From: an uncultured Gemmatimonadaceae bacterium
GTDB lineage: Bacteria; Gemmatimonadota; Gemmatimonadetes; Gemmatimonadales; Gemmatimonadaceae
Direction: 5' to 3'
DNA length: 64,000 nucleotides
Assembly: GCA_963822945.1 (NCBI GenBank)
Contig: CAWGJO010000004.1
Span: 1-64,000, forward strand
The notes under the pieces were generated by a model. The model saw only the letters and a list, made by a program, of their open reading frames with translations. It was not told the origin of the DNA and made no database searches. The stretch's first letter is position 1, and the number at the start of each line of letters is the position of its first letter. Made by a program: the position numbers and the translations under genes. This document shows, in pieces, positions 41,749 to 54,971 of the stretch.

Positions 41749-43050
41749 GTGCCGCCCTCCGCGTTGGAACTCCAGGTGCTCCGCGAGATCGGGCGCCGGC
41801 TGACGCCGGTGCAGGGGCCGCTGGTGCTCGCCGTCTCCGGTGGAGCCGATTCCATGGTCCTGCTCCACGCCGTGAGCCGCCTGGCGCCCGATCGCGTGGC
41901 GGCCGTGGCGACCTTCGACCACGGGACCGGCGAGCCCGCGCGTCAGGCCGTAAAGTTGGTGCGCGCCGAAGGCGGCCGGCTCGGGTTCCCCGTGGTTGCC
42001 GCCGGGGGACGCCCGGTGGGGAGCACCGAAGCCCGGTGGCGCGCCGCCCGCTGGGCGTTTCTGCGCCAGGTGGCCGCCGCGCGCGGCGGCCGCGTGGTCA
42101 CCGCTCACACCCGCGACGATCACATCGAGACGGTGCTCATGCGGGTGCTCCGTGGGAGTGGGGCGCGTGGCCTGGCCGGGCTGCTGTCGGACAGCGACAT
42201 CGTGCGTCCGCTGCTCGCGCTGGACCGCCGGACCATCCGCGCCTGGGCCGCGGAGGCCGGCGTGGCGTTCCAGGACGATCCCACGAACGACTCGCGCAGG
42301 TACCTCCGGAACCGGATCCGGTTGGACCTCCTGCCCGCGCTGCGCCGCGTGCAGCCGGAGATAGACCGGGTGCTGCTCGATCTGTCCCGGCGCGCGGCGG
42401 AGGTTCGGCGCGGGCTCGACGCCGTGGCGCGGGAGATCTCGACCGCCGATCCGCCGGGCTGTCTGGCTGTTGCGACGGCGCAACTCGCCGGGTATTCTCG
42501 GGAATCGCTCGCGTCGCTCTGGCCGGCACTCGCGGCCAGGGTGGGAGTGGTGCTGGACCGAAGGGGAACCGAAAGGCTCGCCGCGTTTACCATAGATGGA
42601 CAGGTCGGGGCGCGGGTGCAGGTGTCCGGCGGGTGGGAGCTCCACCGGGGGCACGACCAGCTGGAACTTCGCCGGCCGCCGCCACCGACAACGGAGGCGA
42701 AGCGGTTGCGGGGGGCGGAGCCGGTCCGGCTCGGGGCGTGGCGGTTCACGCGCGGGAGCGTGCGGGGCGATGATCCCTGGACGGCGGCCCTGCCAGTGGA
42801 CGCGGAGAGCGTGGTGCGGTCGTGGCAGCCCGGTGATCGGATGATTGCGGCAGGCGCGCGGAGTCCGAGACGGGTGAAGCGCTTTCTGAGCGAGGCGCGG
42901 ATCACCGGTCCGCACCGGTCACAGTGGCCGGTGGTGGTGTCGGATGGAGTGGTGGTGTGGATTCCTGGGGTCCGCCGCAGTGATGCGGCAACCGCCCGGC
43001 CCGGTCGGTCGGAAGTATCTTATGAATGTGAATTCGACGCCCGTGGCTGA
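41749..43050 (+). CDS. tilS: tRNA(Ile)-lysidine synthetase
   Basis: AVSGGADS, AHTRDDHIET, RPLL, DPTN and RNRIR. Confidence 0.95.
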   Translation: MPPSALELQVLREIGRRLTPVQGPLVLAVSGGADSMVLLHAVSRLAPDRVAAVATFDHGTGEPARQAVKLVRAEGGRLGFPVVAAGGRPVGSTEARWRAARWAFLRQVAAARGGRVVTAHTRDDHIETVLMRVLRGSGARGLAGLLSDSDIVRPLLALDRRTIRAWAAEAGVAFQDDPTNDSRRYLRNRIRLDLLPALRRVQPEIDRVLLDLSRRAAEVRRGLDAVAREISTADPPGCLAVATAQLAGYSRESLASLWPALAARVGVVLDRRGTERLAAFTIDGQVGARVQVSGGWELHRGHDQLELRRPPPPTTEAKRLRGAEPVRLGAWRFTRGSVRGDDPWTAALPVDAESVVRSWQPGDRMIAAGARSPRRVKRFLSEARITGPHRSQWPVVVSDGVVVWIPGVRRSDAATARPGRSEVSYECEFDARG

Positions 43051-43582
43051 CCCGCGCCTGATGGGGCGATCCGTCAAGCGGATCGTGTATACCGAAGCCG
43101 AGATCGCGCAACGCGTGCACGAACTCGGCGAGGAGATCACGGCGGCGTACCCCGACGGCGAGCTGCTCGTGCTCGGCCTGCTCAAGGGAAGCTTTATATT
43201 TCTGAGTGATCTCGTCCGGCAGATCCGGCGATCGCTGCAGGTGGATTTCCTCGTGGCCGCCAGCTACGGGGACGGCACGGTGTCGAGTGGCACGGTGCGC
43301 CTGCTGTACGATCCGGAGACGACGCTGGAAGGGAAGCACATCCTGTTGGTCGAAGACATCGTGGACACGGGGCGCACGCTGCGGCGATTGATGGACCTGC
43401 TGAGCCAGCGGGGACCGAAGTCGCTGGAGATCTGCGCGCTGCTCCACAAACACATCGCCGAAGAACTGCGGCATCCCACGCGGTTCATCGGCTTCGACGC
43501 GCCGAACGAATTCCTCGTGGGGTATGGCTTGGATCACGCGGAAAACTTCCGGCACATCCCGTATATCGCGAGTTTGCAGTAG
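43043..43582 (+). CDS. hpt: Hypoxanthine phosphoribosyltransferase
   Basis: LKGSFIF, LVEDIVDTG and FLVGYGLD. Confidence 0.95.
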   Translation: MADPRLMGRSVKRIVYTEAEIAQRVHELGEEITAAYPDGELLVLGLLKGSFIFLSDLVRQIRRSLQVDFLVAASYGDGTVSSGTVRLLYDPETTLEGKHILLVEDIVDTGRTLRRLMDLLSQRGPKSLEICALLHKHIAEELRHPTRFIGFDAPNEFLVGYGLDHAENFRHIPYIASLQ

Positions 43583-45567
<1,985 letters not shown>

Positions 45568-45571
<4 letters not shown>

Positions 45572-46497
45572 CCGGCGTGGGCCTTCCCCCCACGCCCGGC
45601 TCCGGCCGCGCGTGGCGGGTTCGTGGGGCGACGCTCGCCCTCGACGCCCCGCGCCTGCTCGGCATCCTCAACGTCACTCCCGACAGTTTCAGCGACGGGG
45701 GTGACTTCTTCTTGCGCGACGCGGCCGTAGCGCGCGGCGAACGGCTCGCCGCCGAGGGCGCGGACGTGATCGACGTGGGCGGCGAGAGCACACGTCCGCA
45801 GGGCGCCGAGCCGGTGTCCGCCGCCGAGGAGCTGACTCGCGTGCTCCCGGTGGTGCGCGAACTGGCCCGCCGCCTGCCCGACACGCTCATCTCGGTGGAT
45901 ACGGTAAAGGCGGAGGTGGCGCACGCGGCCCTCAGCGAGGGCGCGCACATCGTGAACGACGTCTCGGGGGGACGACTCGACCCCGCCATGCCGGAAACCT
46001 GCGCACGGCACGGCGCCGGATTCGTGCTCATGCATTCGCGTGGGTCGGTGCGCGACATGGCCACCTACGCCCACGCGACGTACGACGACGTGGTGGCCGA
46101 GGTGCTCGCGGAGCTGGAAACCCGGGTGAGCGGGGCGCGCGCCGCGGGCGTCGCGTCGGAGTGCATCGTGCTCGATCCCGGGATCGGTTTCGCCAAGCGA
46201 AGCGCCGATTCGCTCGCCGTGCTGGCGGGCATTCCGCGGTTGGCCGCGGCCGGCTACCCGATCCTCGTCGGCGCGTCGCGCAAGCGGTTCGTGGGGGAGT
46301 TGACCGGGGTGACGACGCCCGCCGAGCGCGTGTTCGGCACGGTGGGCGCGCACGTGGCGGCGCTGATGCGCGGGGCCGCGCTCTTCCGCGTGCACGACGT
46401 GCGCGCGGCCCGCCAGTCGCTCGACGTCGCGTGGGCCGTGCTCGCCGCGGACCGCACTGGCGTGGCACCCCACGCCGCCCAGGGGGTGCCCGCGTGA
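45568..46497 (+). CDS. folP: Dihydropteroate synthase
   Basis: GILNVTPDSFSDGG, GGESTRP, DPGIGF, SRKRF and RVHDV. Confidence 0.97.
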
Positions 46498-47294
46498 CCG
46501 TGCTCGAGGATCTGCGGCTGTTGCACCCCGGATGGCGGGACGTGATCGAGATCCTGATCGTCGCGGTGGTCGTCTACCGCATCCTGCTGCTCTTCCAGCG
46601 CACGCGGGGCGTGCAGATCATGTTCGGCGTGCTGCTGCTGTTCGCGGCGTACGCCGTGGCGTGGCTGCTCAAGCTCGGGATGATCGTCGAGCTGTTGCAG
46701 CTGCTGTTCTCGTACGGTGTGTTCGCCGCGCTCGTGGTGTTCCAGCCCGAATTGCGGGCGGCGCTGGCCCATCTGGGGCGCACGCCGATGGCGCGGTTCC
46801 TTCCGCGCCTCGAAACCACCAGCGCGGCCGATGAGATTGCCGAGGCCGTGGAGCGCCTGAGCCAGGCGCGGCTGGGCGCGATCATCGTGGTCGAACGGAA
46901 GGTGCCGCTGGACGACTACATCGGCACCGGCTCCAAGATGAAGGCGCGGGTGTCGGCCGACCTGCTGGTGACGATCTTCACCCCGCATTCGCCGCTCCAC
47001 GACGGAGCCGTGGTGATCCGCCGCGATTCGATCGTCGGCGCGGCGTGCATTCTGCCGCTCACCCAGCACGCGCTGCAGGACCGCTCGCTGGGGACGCGGC
47101 ATCGGGCGGCGATGGGGATCGCCGACGAGACGGACGCCGTGGTGATCGTGGTTTCCGAGGAAACCGCGCAGATCGCGGTGGCCGTGCAGGGGCGCCTCTG
47201 GCGCGATGTGACGCCGCGCTACGTGCGCGATCGCCTGTCCGGCGTGGCGGTGGAAGACGGGTTCGACGCCGTCGTGCCGGAAGCGGCCGTGTGA
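46494..47294 (+). CDS. cdaA: Diadenylate cyclase CdaA
   Basis: Three N-terminal TM helices, FQPELR, LHDGA, GTRHRAA and VSEET. Confidence 0.95.
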   Translation: MTVLEDLRLLHPGWRDVIEILIVAVVVYRILLLFQRTRGVQIMFGVLLLFAAYAVAWLLKLGMIVELLQLLFSYGVFAALVVFQPELRAALAHLGRTPMARFLPRLETTSAADEIAEAVERLSQARLGAIIVVERKVPLDDYIGTGSKMKARVSADLLVTIFTPHSPLHDGAVVIRRDSIVGAACILPLTQHALQDRSLGTRHRAAMGIADETDAVVIVVSEETAQIAVAVQGRLWRDVTPRYVRDRLSGVAVEDGFDAVVPEAAV

Positions 47295-49249
47295 CTCCCC
47301 GCCGCGCGGCCGCGTTGGGCGCGGCCGCTCTGCTCGCGGTATACGCCGCGACCCTGGCCCCCGGCGTCACGTTCTGGGACGCCGGGGAGTTCATCGCCGC
47401 GTCGCATTCGCTGGGGATCCCTCATCCGCCGGGGACGCCGCTGTTCGTGCTCGCGCTGCACGTGTGGGCGTTTGTACTCGGGGCGGCGATGCCGTACGCC
47501 ACCGCCACCAATCTGTTCTCGGCCTGCTGCACGGCAGGGGCGGCGGGAATGGCGGGTTGGCTCGTCGCGCGCGCGCGCACGGCCGACGCCGGCGCCACGG
47601 CGTTCGCCGCGGCCCTGGGCGCTGGCGCCATGTCCACCATCTGGCTGAACGCCACGGAGACCGAGGTGTACGCCGCCGCGCTCCTGCTGGCCGTGCTCAC
47701 GCTGGTGGCCGCCGACCGGGCGTCGCGTGAGCGGGGGATGCGCTGGTTGGCGCTCACGGCGTTTCTGGTGGTGCTCGCGGTTCCGGTGCACCTGAGCGCG
47801 CTCGTCGCCACCCCGGCGGCCGTGGTGCTCGCGGCGCAGGGCGAGGAAGGCGTGCACTGGGAACGCGGCCTGCTGCTCGGCAGTGTGTGGCTGCTGGCCA
47901 TCGGCGCCGGGCGGGTGAGTGTGCCGATCATCGGGGCGGCCCTGATCGTGCTGGGGGCGGCGTGCGTCGCGTGGGCGTGGAGCAACGGGGCGCGACGCGG
48001 CGCGGCGGTGGGCGGTGCGTTGCTCGGGGTCTCCGCGGTCGCGCTCTCCGCCGTGCTGTTCATGGTCGTGCGCGCGCGGTTCGATCCGTTCATCAATCAG
48101 GGCAACCCGTCCAACTGGGCGGCGCTGCTCGACGTCGTCGCGCGCCGGCAATATGACGTCGCGCCGCTCTGGCCGCGCCAGGCGCCCGTGTGGCTGCAAC
48201 TGGCGAACGTGGCGCAGTACGCGGACTGGCAGGTGGCGCTCGGCCTCGGACCCACCGTGCTCCCGAGCCTCGGTCGCACGCTGGCCACCGTCGCGTTTCT
48301 CGGGCTCGGCGTCTACGGTGCCGCGCGCCACCGGCTGGACGATGCGCGCACGTGGAGGGCGGTGCTCACGCTCCTCATCTGTGGATCGATCGGCGTTGCG
48401 GCGTACCTGAACCTGAAGGCCGGGCCCTCCATCGGGGCCGGTGTGCTGCCGCCCTCGGCGCCGCACGAAGCCCGCGAGCGCGACTACTTCTTCACCTTCG
48501 CGTTCATGGCGTGGGGCCTGTGGATCGGGTACGGCGTGGTGGCGCTGGCCCGGCGGTGGCGACTTCCCCTGGTGGCCGGCCTCGCCACGGCGGCGCTGCC
48601 CCTGGCCCTGAATTGGCCGGCGGTGTCGCGCCGCGCGCAACCGGAGGCCAAGCTTCCCGCCACCTGGGCCCGGATGCTGCTCGACGCCACGCCGGCGCGC
48701 GGCGTGCTGATTGCGGCGGGCGACAACGATACCTATCCCGTCTGGTATCTGCAGGAGGTGCAGGGATATCGGCGCGACGTGCGCGTGGTGACCCTGCCGT
48801 TGCTGCCCGCGGCCTGGTACCGGGCCGAGCTGCACCGTCGCGGCAACCTGCTGCCGGCCTCGGCGGTAGACGAATGGGACGCCGACGACGTGTCGGCGGC
48901 CATGGAGATCGCACGTCGCGCCGAGGCCGAGGGACGTCCCGTGGCCGTATCGGTGTACGTGGATCGATCGGAGCGCGACGCGATCGGACGGGCGTGGCGC
49001 GCCAACGGGATGACGTTCGTGCTCGACACCGCGGCGGCGGCGGCGGGGCGGGAGGTCATCGAGCCCGACACCGCGTGGGCGGAACGGCTCGCCGGCGTGG
49101 CGCGGCCCGTCGTGGAGCGGGAAGTACGGGCGTCGACGGACCCGGCGGCTGGATTTTTTCAGTCGTTGATGCGGTGCCCGGGATACCTCGTGGCCAGGAC
49201 TCGCGGGGCGGTTTCCCAGTCCCTTGATTCACTATGTAACTTCCGGTAA
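47291..49249 (+). CDS. DUF2723 multi-pass membrane protein (GT-C-like)
   Basis: WDAGEFI, LGIPHPPGTPL, ETEVY, RERDYF and GDNDTYP. Confidence 0.88.
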   Translation: MTPRRAAALGAAALLAVYAATLAPGVTFWDAGEFIAASHSLGIPHPPGTPLFVLALHVWAFVLGAAMPYATATNLFSACCTAGAAGMAGWLVARARTADAGATAFAAALGAGAMSTIWLNATETEVYAAALLLAVLTLVAADRASRERGMRWLALTAFLVVLAVPVHLSALVATPAAVVLAAQGEEGVHWERGLLLGSVWLLAIGAGRVSVPIIGAALIVLGAACVAWAWSNGARRGAAVGGALLGVSAVALSAVLFMVVRARFDPFINQGNPSNWAALLDVVARRQYDVAPLWPRQAPVWLQLANVAQYADWQVALGLGPTVLPSLGRTLATVAFLGLGVYGAARHRLDDARTWRAVLTLLICGSIGVAAYLNLKAGPSIGAGVLPPSAPHEARERDYFFTFAFMAWGLWIGYGVVALARRWRLPLVAGLATAALPLALNWPAVSRRAQPEAKLPATWARMLLDATPARGVLIAAGDNDTYPVWYLQEVQGYRRDVRVVTLPLLPAAWYRAELHRRGNLLPASAVDEWDADDVSAAMEIARRAEAEGRPVAVSVYVDRSERDAIGRAWRANGMTFVLDTAAAAAGREVIEPDTAWAERLAGVARPVVEREVRASTDPAAGFFQSLMRCPGYLVARTRGAVSQSLDSLCNFR

Positions 49250-49252
49250 ATT
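49224..49252 (+). promoter_or_regulatory. sigma70-type promoter, probably leaderless, for yggS
   Basis: TTGATT-N17-TAAATT ending 8 nt before ATG 49261. No SD sequence. Confidence 0.55.
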
Positions 49253-49260
49253 CGTGTGTT

Positions 49261-49950
49261 ATGCCATTTTCGGACCTGCCTGAACGGGTGGCGGAGGTGC
49301 GTGGCCGGATTGCGGCTGCGGCGGCGAGGGGCGGACACGGCCAGACCGTGACGCTGGTGGCGGTCACGAAGACGCGTGGGCCGGAAGCAGTGACCGCGGC
49401 CGTGGAGGCGGGGGTGCCCGACGTGGGCGAGAATCGCGTGCAGGAGGCCCTGCCGAAGATGGACGCGGTGTCGGTGGACGCACGCTGGCACCTGATTGGG
49501 CATTTGCAGCGAAACAAAGTGAAGGCACTGTCGCGGTTCGTGCTGCTGCATTCGTTGGACCGGCCCTCGTTGGCCGAGGCGGTCGACGCGTTGGGACGGT
49601 CGATGAGCCGGACGTTCGACGTGCTGTTGCAGGTGAACGTCTCCGGCGAAGCGAGTAAGGGTGGATACGCACCGGCCGCCTGGGCGGAGGCCGCGGAACG
49701 GTTGCGCGGCATGAGTGGCTTGCGGGTGCGTGGCGTGATGACGATGGCACCGCTCGAAGCGGGCGAGACGACGCTCCGATCGGTGTTCGCCGGGGCCCGG
49801 CGGGCGGGCGAGGTGCTGCGGGCCGCGGGACACGACGCGGGAATGTTGTCGATGGGGATGTCGAACGATTACGAGATCGCGGTGGAGGAGGGCGCCACCT
49901 GCGTTCGCCTGGGAACGGTCCTCTTCGGAGCCAGAGCGCATGATCGATGA
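49261..49950 (+). CDS. yggS: PLP homeostasis protein YggS
   Basis: LVAVTK, GENRVQE, WHLIGHLQRNK, SMGMSND and VRLGT. Confidence 0.95.
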   Translation: MPFSDLPERVAEVRGRIAAAAARGGHGQTVTLVAVTKTRGPEAVTAAVEAGVPDVGENRVQEALPKMDAVSVDARWHLIGHLQRNKVKALSRFVLLHSLDRPSLAEAVDALGRSMSRTFDVLLQVNVSGEASKGGYAPAAWAEAAERLRGMSGLRVRGVMTMAPLEAGETTLRSVFAGARRAGEVLRAAGHDAGMLSMGMSNDYEIAVEEGATCVRLGTVLFGARAHDR

Positions 49951-50443
49951 AACCTTTCATCTGACGCCACTCGACGTACGGCGCTACGACTTCGGCCGGG
50001 CGCTGCGCGGGTACGATCCCGAACGCGTCGATCAATTCCGCGAGCAGGTGGCGGAGGAACTGGAGCGGCTGACCCGTCTCAACCAGGAATTGGAAGCCAA
50101 GGCCAAGGGGTTTCACGAACAGCTCCGCGCCTTCCGCGAGCGCGACAAGGCGTTGAACGATGCGCTGGTGTCGGCGCAGCAGCTGCGTTCCGAAATCGCC
50201 GAGCAGGCCGAACGCGAGGGGCAGTTGGTGATCCGCGAGGCGCGGGCCGAAGGCGACCGCCTGCTCGACCAGGCGCGCTCCGATCTCCGCCAGTTGGAGC
50301 ACCAACTGGACAACCTGCAGCGCACCCGACGGGCGTACATCGCTCAGTTCCGCGCGTTGATCGACCGGCAAATGGCCGATCTCTCGGCCGCCCTCGATCC
50401 CAGTGAGGCCGACGAAGCGCCGGGCTCGAACGGGGACGTCTGA
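49940..50443 (+). CDS. divIVA: DivIVA-domain protein
   Basis: LTPLDV...F...LRGYD..VD.F N-terminus followed by a coiled coil. Confidence 0.88.
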   Translation: MIDETFHLTPLDVRRYDFGRALRGYDPERVDQFREQVAEELERLTRLNQELEAKAKGFHEQLRAFRERDKALNDALVSAQQLRSEIAEQAEREGQLVIREARAEGDRLLDQARSDLRQLEHQLDNLQRTRRAYIAQFRALIDRQMADLSAALDPSEADEAPGSNGDV

Positions 50444-50454
50444 CGACCGATCGC

Positions 50455-51303
50455 ATGACGACGCACGCATCGCCGCCCATCGAGCAGCCGCTCGCCGCGC
50501 AGATCCGGGCCGCCGCCGACGTCATCCACGGCCGGTTCCCGAAGCGGCCGCACGCCGCGATCATCCTCGGCACCGGGCTGGGGCGTCTGGCCGAGGAGAT
50601 CGCGCTGGAGGCCGTCATCCCGTATGCGGAGATCCCCGGCTTTCCGGTGCCGACGGTGGAGGCGCACCGCGGACGCCTGCTCTGCGGCACGCTGGCCGGA
50701 AAGACCGTGGTCGCGATGCAGGGACGATTCCACCGCTATGAGGGGTACTCGCTGCAGCAGGTCACGCTGCCGGTTCGGGTGCTGCACGCGCTGGGCGCGC
50801 CGGCACTCGTCGTGTCGAATGCCTGCGGCGGAATGAATCCGGCCTGGGCGCCGGGCGACCTGATGCTGATCACCGACCACATCAACCTGCTCGGCGACAA
50901 CCCGCTGGTCGGGCCGAACGACGACGCGTTGGGGCCGCGATTCCCCGACATGTCGGACCCGTACGATCCTGCGCTGCAGGCACTGGCGCGTGAGGTTGCG
51001 CGCGCCGAGGGGCTGACGCTGCGGGAAGGGGTGTACGTGTCGGTGATGGGGCCGAATCTCGAGACGCGCGCCGAGTACCGGATGCTGCGGCGACTGGGCG
51101 CCGACGCGGTGGGCATGTCCACCGTGCCGGAGGTGATCGTCGCCGTGCACGAGGGTATGCGCGTGCTGGGTCTCTCGATCATCACCGACGACTGCATTCC
51201 CGAAACCTTGACGCCCACCAGCCTGGCCGACGTGATCGCGGTGGCGGGCGCGGCGGAACCCAAACTCGGCCGGCTGGTGCACGGCGTGCTGGAGCAGATG
51301 TGA
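50455..51303 (+). CDS. punA: Purine-nucleoside phosphorylase (trimeric type)
   Basis: ILGTGLG, QGRFH.YEG, DHINL, GPNLET.AE and VGMSTVPE. Confidence 0.95.
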   Translation: MTTHASPPIEQPLAAQIRAAADVIHGRFPKRPHAAIILGTGLGRLAEEIALEAVIPYAEIPGFPVPTVEAHRGRLLCGTLAGKTVVAMQGRFHRYEGYSLQQVTLPVRVLHALGAPALVVSNACGGMNPAWAPGDLMLITDHINLLGDNPLVGPNDDALGPRFPDMSDPYDPALQALAREVARAEGLTLREGVYVSVMGPNLETRAEYRMLRRLGADAVGMSTVPEVIVAVHEGMRVLGLSIITDDCIPETLTPTSLADVIAVAGAAEPKLGRLVHGVLEQM

Positions 51304-54300
51304 CGGGCGTTCCCGAAACGGCGCGGTTCGCCATGCTGGCCGCCGATCAGGCGGCGGACGACCTCGAGCGCGAGGTGCTGGCGCGCTGGGAGGCCGAGGA
51401 TCTCTTCGCGCGTACGCTCGCCGTGGCCGAGGGGCGGCCGTCCTTCGTGTTCTTCGAAGGACCGCCCACGGCGAACGGGCGCCCCGGCATCCACCACGTC
51501 TTCTCGCGCACGATCAAGGATCTGTTCTGCCGCCACCGCGCGATGAAGGGATTCCGGGTGGAGCGCAAGGCCGGGTGGGACACGCATGGGCTGCCGGTCG
51601 AGATCGAGGTGGAGAAGAAGCTCGGCATCAGCGGCAAGCAGCAGATCGAGGCGCTGGGGGTGGCCGAGTTCAACCGGCTGAGCCGGGAGAGCGTGTTCAC
51701 CTACCGCGCCGACTGGGAGAAGCTCAGCGCCCGGATCGGGTACTGGCTGGACTACGCGCACCCGTACGTGACCTACCACAACGAGTACGTGGAGAGCGTG
51801 TGGTGGGCGCTGAAGACGCTGCATGGCAAGGGCTACCTGTACCGCGGGCACAAGATTCTGCCCTACTGCCCGCGCTGCGGCACGGCGCTGTCGAGTCACG
51901 AGGTGGCCCAGGGGTACGAGGACGTGGACGACCCGAGCGTGTACGTGGCGCTGGACCTGGTCGCCGACGAGGCGGCACCGGCCGGCGGCGGCCGCCGCAT
52001 GCTCGTCTGGACCACCACGCCGTGGACGCTGGTGTCGAACACTGCGCTCGCCGTGCATCCCGACCTCGCGTACATCGAACTCGTGCGCCAGGAGGGCGAC
52101 GACCGGCGCTCGGTGATTCTGGCGGAGTCGCGGGTCAAGGCGGTGCTGGGTGAGGACTTCGCCACGCGATGGAAGCTCGTGCGGTTGCTGCGCGGCGCCG
52201 AACTGGTGGGGCTGCGCTACCGCCGTCCGATCGACTGGCTGCCCTATCCGCCGGGCGAGCATGAAGTGATCGTGGGCGAGGAATTCGTGTCGGCGGATGA
52301 CGGCACCGGCGTGGTGCACATGTCGCCGGCGTTCGGCGCCGACGACTACGCGGCCGGGCAGCGCCACGGGCTCGCGTTCCTCCAGCCGGTCAACGCGCAG
52401 GGCGAGTTCCCGGCCGAGCTTCCGCTCGTCGGCGGGAAGTTCGTGAAGGACGCCGATCCGCTGCTCATCGAGGAATTGAAGCGCCGCGGCGTGCTGTGGA
52501 AGGCGGGCAAGATCACGCACGCCTATCCGCACTGCTGGCGGTGCGGCACCCCGCTGCTGTACTACGCCCGGACGTCGTGGTTCGTGAAGACCACGGCCTA
52601 TCGCGACCAGATGCTGGCGCGCAACGCCCGCGTCGATTGGCATCCGCCCGAGGTGGGGGAGGGGCGGTTCGGCGAGTGGCTCAAACAACATCGACTGGGC
52701 GATCTCGCGCGACCGGTACTGGGGCACGCCGCTGCCCGTCTGGGTGTGCGACGACGACGATTCGCACATCGACGTCGTGGGCGGCTTCGCCGAGTCTGGC
52801 GGAGCGCTCCGGCGCCGCGCTGCCCGGCGACTTCGACCCGCACAAGCCCCACGTGGACGGCTACGGCCTGGGCGTGCCGGCAGCCCGGCTGCACCGGCAC
52901 CATGCACCGTGTGCCGGAAGTGATCGATACGTGGTTCGACTCGGGCTCGATGTCGTTCGCCCAGTGGGGCTACCCGCACCGCCCTGGCAGCCGGGAGGCG
53001 TTGGCGCGGCAGTTTCCGGCCGACTTCATCGCCGAGGGCGTCGACCAGACGCGCGGATGGTTCTACTCGCTGCTCGCCATCGCCACCGGTCTCGACGACG
53101 CACTCCCTGAACAATGCGGGCGCCTCGACGCGAGTCCCCGGCGCCACGCCGGCGCCGTACGGCCACGTCGTGGTCAACGACCTCGTGCTCGACGCCGACG
53201 GCCAGAAGATGTCGAAGAGCAAGGGGAACGTGGTCGACCCGTGGTCGGTGATCGCCGAATACGGCGCCGACGCGGTGCGCCTGTTCCTCGTGGCGTCGTC
53301 GACGATCTCGGTGCCGCGCAAGTTCGACGAGCGCGCCATCCGCGAGCAGGCGGTGCGGTTCCTGCTCACGCTCAGGAACGTCTACAGCGGCATGTTCGCG
53401 CAGTACGCCAATACGGGTGGGAGCCGTCGCGGGCCGACCCGCCCCTCGCCGCGCGGCCGCCCCTGGACCAGTGGATGCTGTCGCGGCTGGCCGAATTGGA
53501 GCAGCAGGTGGACGGCGCGCTCGAGCGCGACCACGCAACGGCCGCCGCCCGGCTGCTCATCCGGTTCGTGGACGACGATCTGGCCAACTGGTACGTGCGG
53601 TTGAGCCGCGCCCGATTCTACGACGTGGACGGCGAGGACAACCGCGCCGCGTTCGCCACGCTGCACGATGTCCTCGTCACCACCTGCCGGCTGCTGGCAC
53701 CACTGGCCCCGTTCCTGAGCGACTGGATGCACCGCGAGCTGACCGGCGGGTCGGTGCACCTGGCGCCCTACGTGCGGGCCGAGCCGGCCCCTCGTGATCA
53801 GGACCTGGAACGCGCCATGAGCGCGGTGCGGATGCTGGCCAAGCTCGGCCGTGCGGCTCGCGAGGCGGCCGGGATCAAGGTGCGGCAGCGCTGACGCGGA
53901 TGGTCTGTGTGGCGCCGGACGTCCCCGATGCGGCGTTGGCGCCGCTGGTGCCGTTGCTGGCCAACGAACTGAACGTCAAACGAGTAGACTTCGCGCGCAC
54001 CGGCGACGCGCTGGTCACGTTGGAGGCGAAGCCGAACTTCCGCAGCCTGGGCAAGAAGTTCGGCAAGCAGACGCCGCTGGCGGCGCAGGCGATTCAGGCG
54101 TTCACGAACGACGCGTTGCGCGATTTTCTGGCGGGCCCGCCGCTGGCGGTGTCGGCCGGCGGGGAGTCGCACCAGTTGGAGGTCGAGGACGTCACGATCG
54201 TGCGACGTGCCTCGGGCGATCTTGTGGTGCAGGAGGAAGCCGGTTTCTTTGCGGCGCTCGACCCGTCCGTTCCGCCGGCCCTCCGGCTGGAGGGGCTGGC

Positions 54301-54556
54301 CCGGGAACTGGTGAGCCGCATCCAGCGGCTGCGGAAGGAGTCGGGGCTTGCGGTGAGCGATCGCATTGTCTTGTATGTCGGCGGCGATGCGGAGGTCCGG
54401 GCCGCGGTCCAGGCGCACAGTGGGTGGATTGGCAGTGAGGTGCTGGCGACGCGTGTGGTGTGGCGCGACGACGGCGTGACCGACGATCAGGCGACGATGC
54501 CGACCGTGGAAATCGACGAGACCACGGCACGGATCGCCATAACCAAGGCGGAGTAG
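51300..54556 (+). CDS. ileS: Isoleucine--tRNA ligase, type 2 (several frameshifts)
   Basis: [46 protein letters not shown] and KMSKSKGN. Type-2 C-terminus [15 protein letters not shown]. Confidence 0.96.
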
Positions 54557-54557
54557 C

Positions 54558-54971
54558 ATGGCCACCAAGAGCGTGAAGAAGGCGAAGGGGATGACGAAGA
54601 AGCAGCTCCAGCACTTCGAGAAGCGTCTCCTCGAGGAGCGCCGCCGTGTCCTGAAGGAACTGGGACAGTACGACGAGGCCTTCGGCGCCACGCAGCAGTC
54701 GGCGGACGGCGGACTGAGCAGCTATTCGTTCCACATGGCGGATCAGGGGACCGACGCCATGGAGCGCGAGAAGGCATTCCTGTTCGCGAGCCAGGAAGGG
54801 CGGTTCCTGTGGCACATCGACGAAGCGATCCGGCGGCTGTACCGCGCGCCGGAGAGCTACGGCCACTGTCATTCCTGCGGCAACCTGATCGGCTTCGAGC
54901 GCCTCGATGCACTGCCGCACGCGCGCTACTGCATCGAATGCAAACAGCGTGAGGAAGATGGCAAGAAATAA
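54558..54971 (+). CDS. TraR/DksA C4-type zinc finger protein
   Basis: Coiled coil with HMADQGTD, then CHSC...ERLDALP..RYCIEC. Confidence 0.92.
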   Translation: MATKSVKKAKGMTKKQLQHFEKRLLEERRRVLKELGQYDEAFGATQQSADGGLSSYSFHMADQGTDAMEREKAFLFASQEGRFLWHIDEAIRRLYRAPESYGHCHSCGNLIGFERLDALPHARYCIECKQREEDGKK

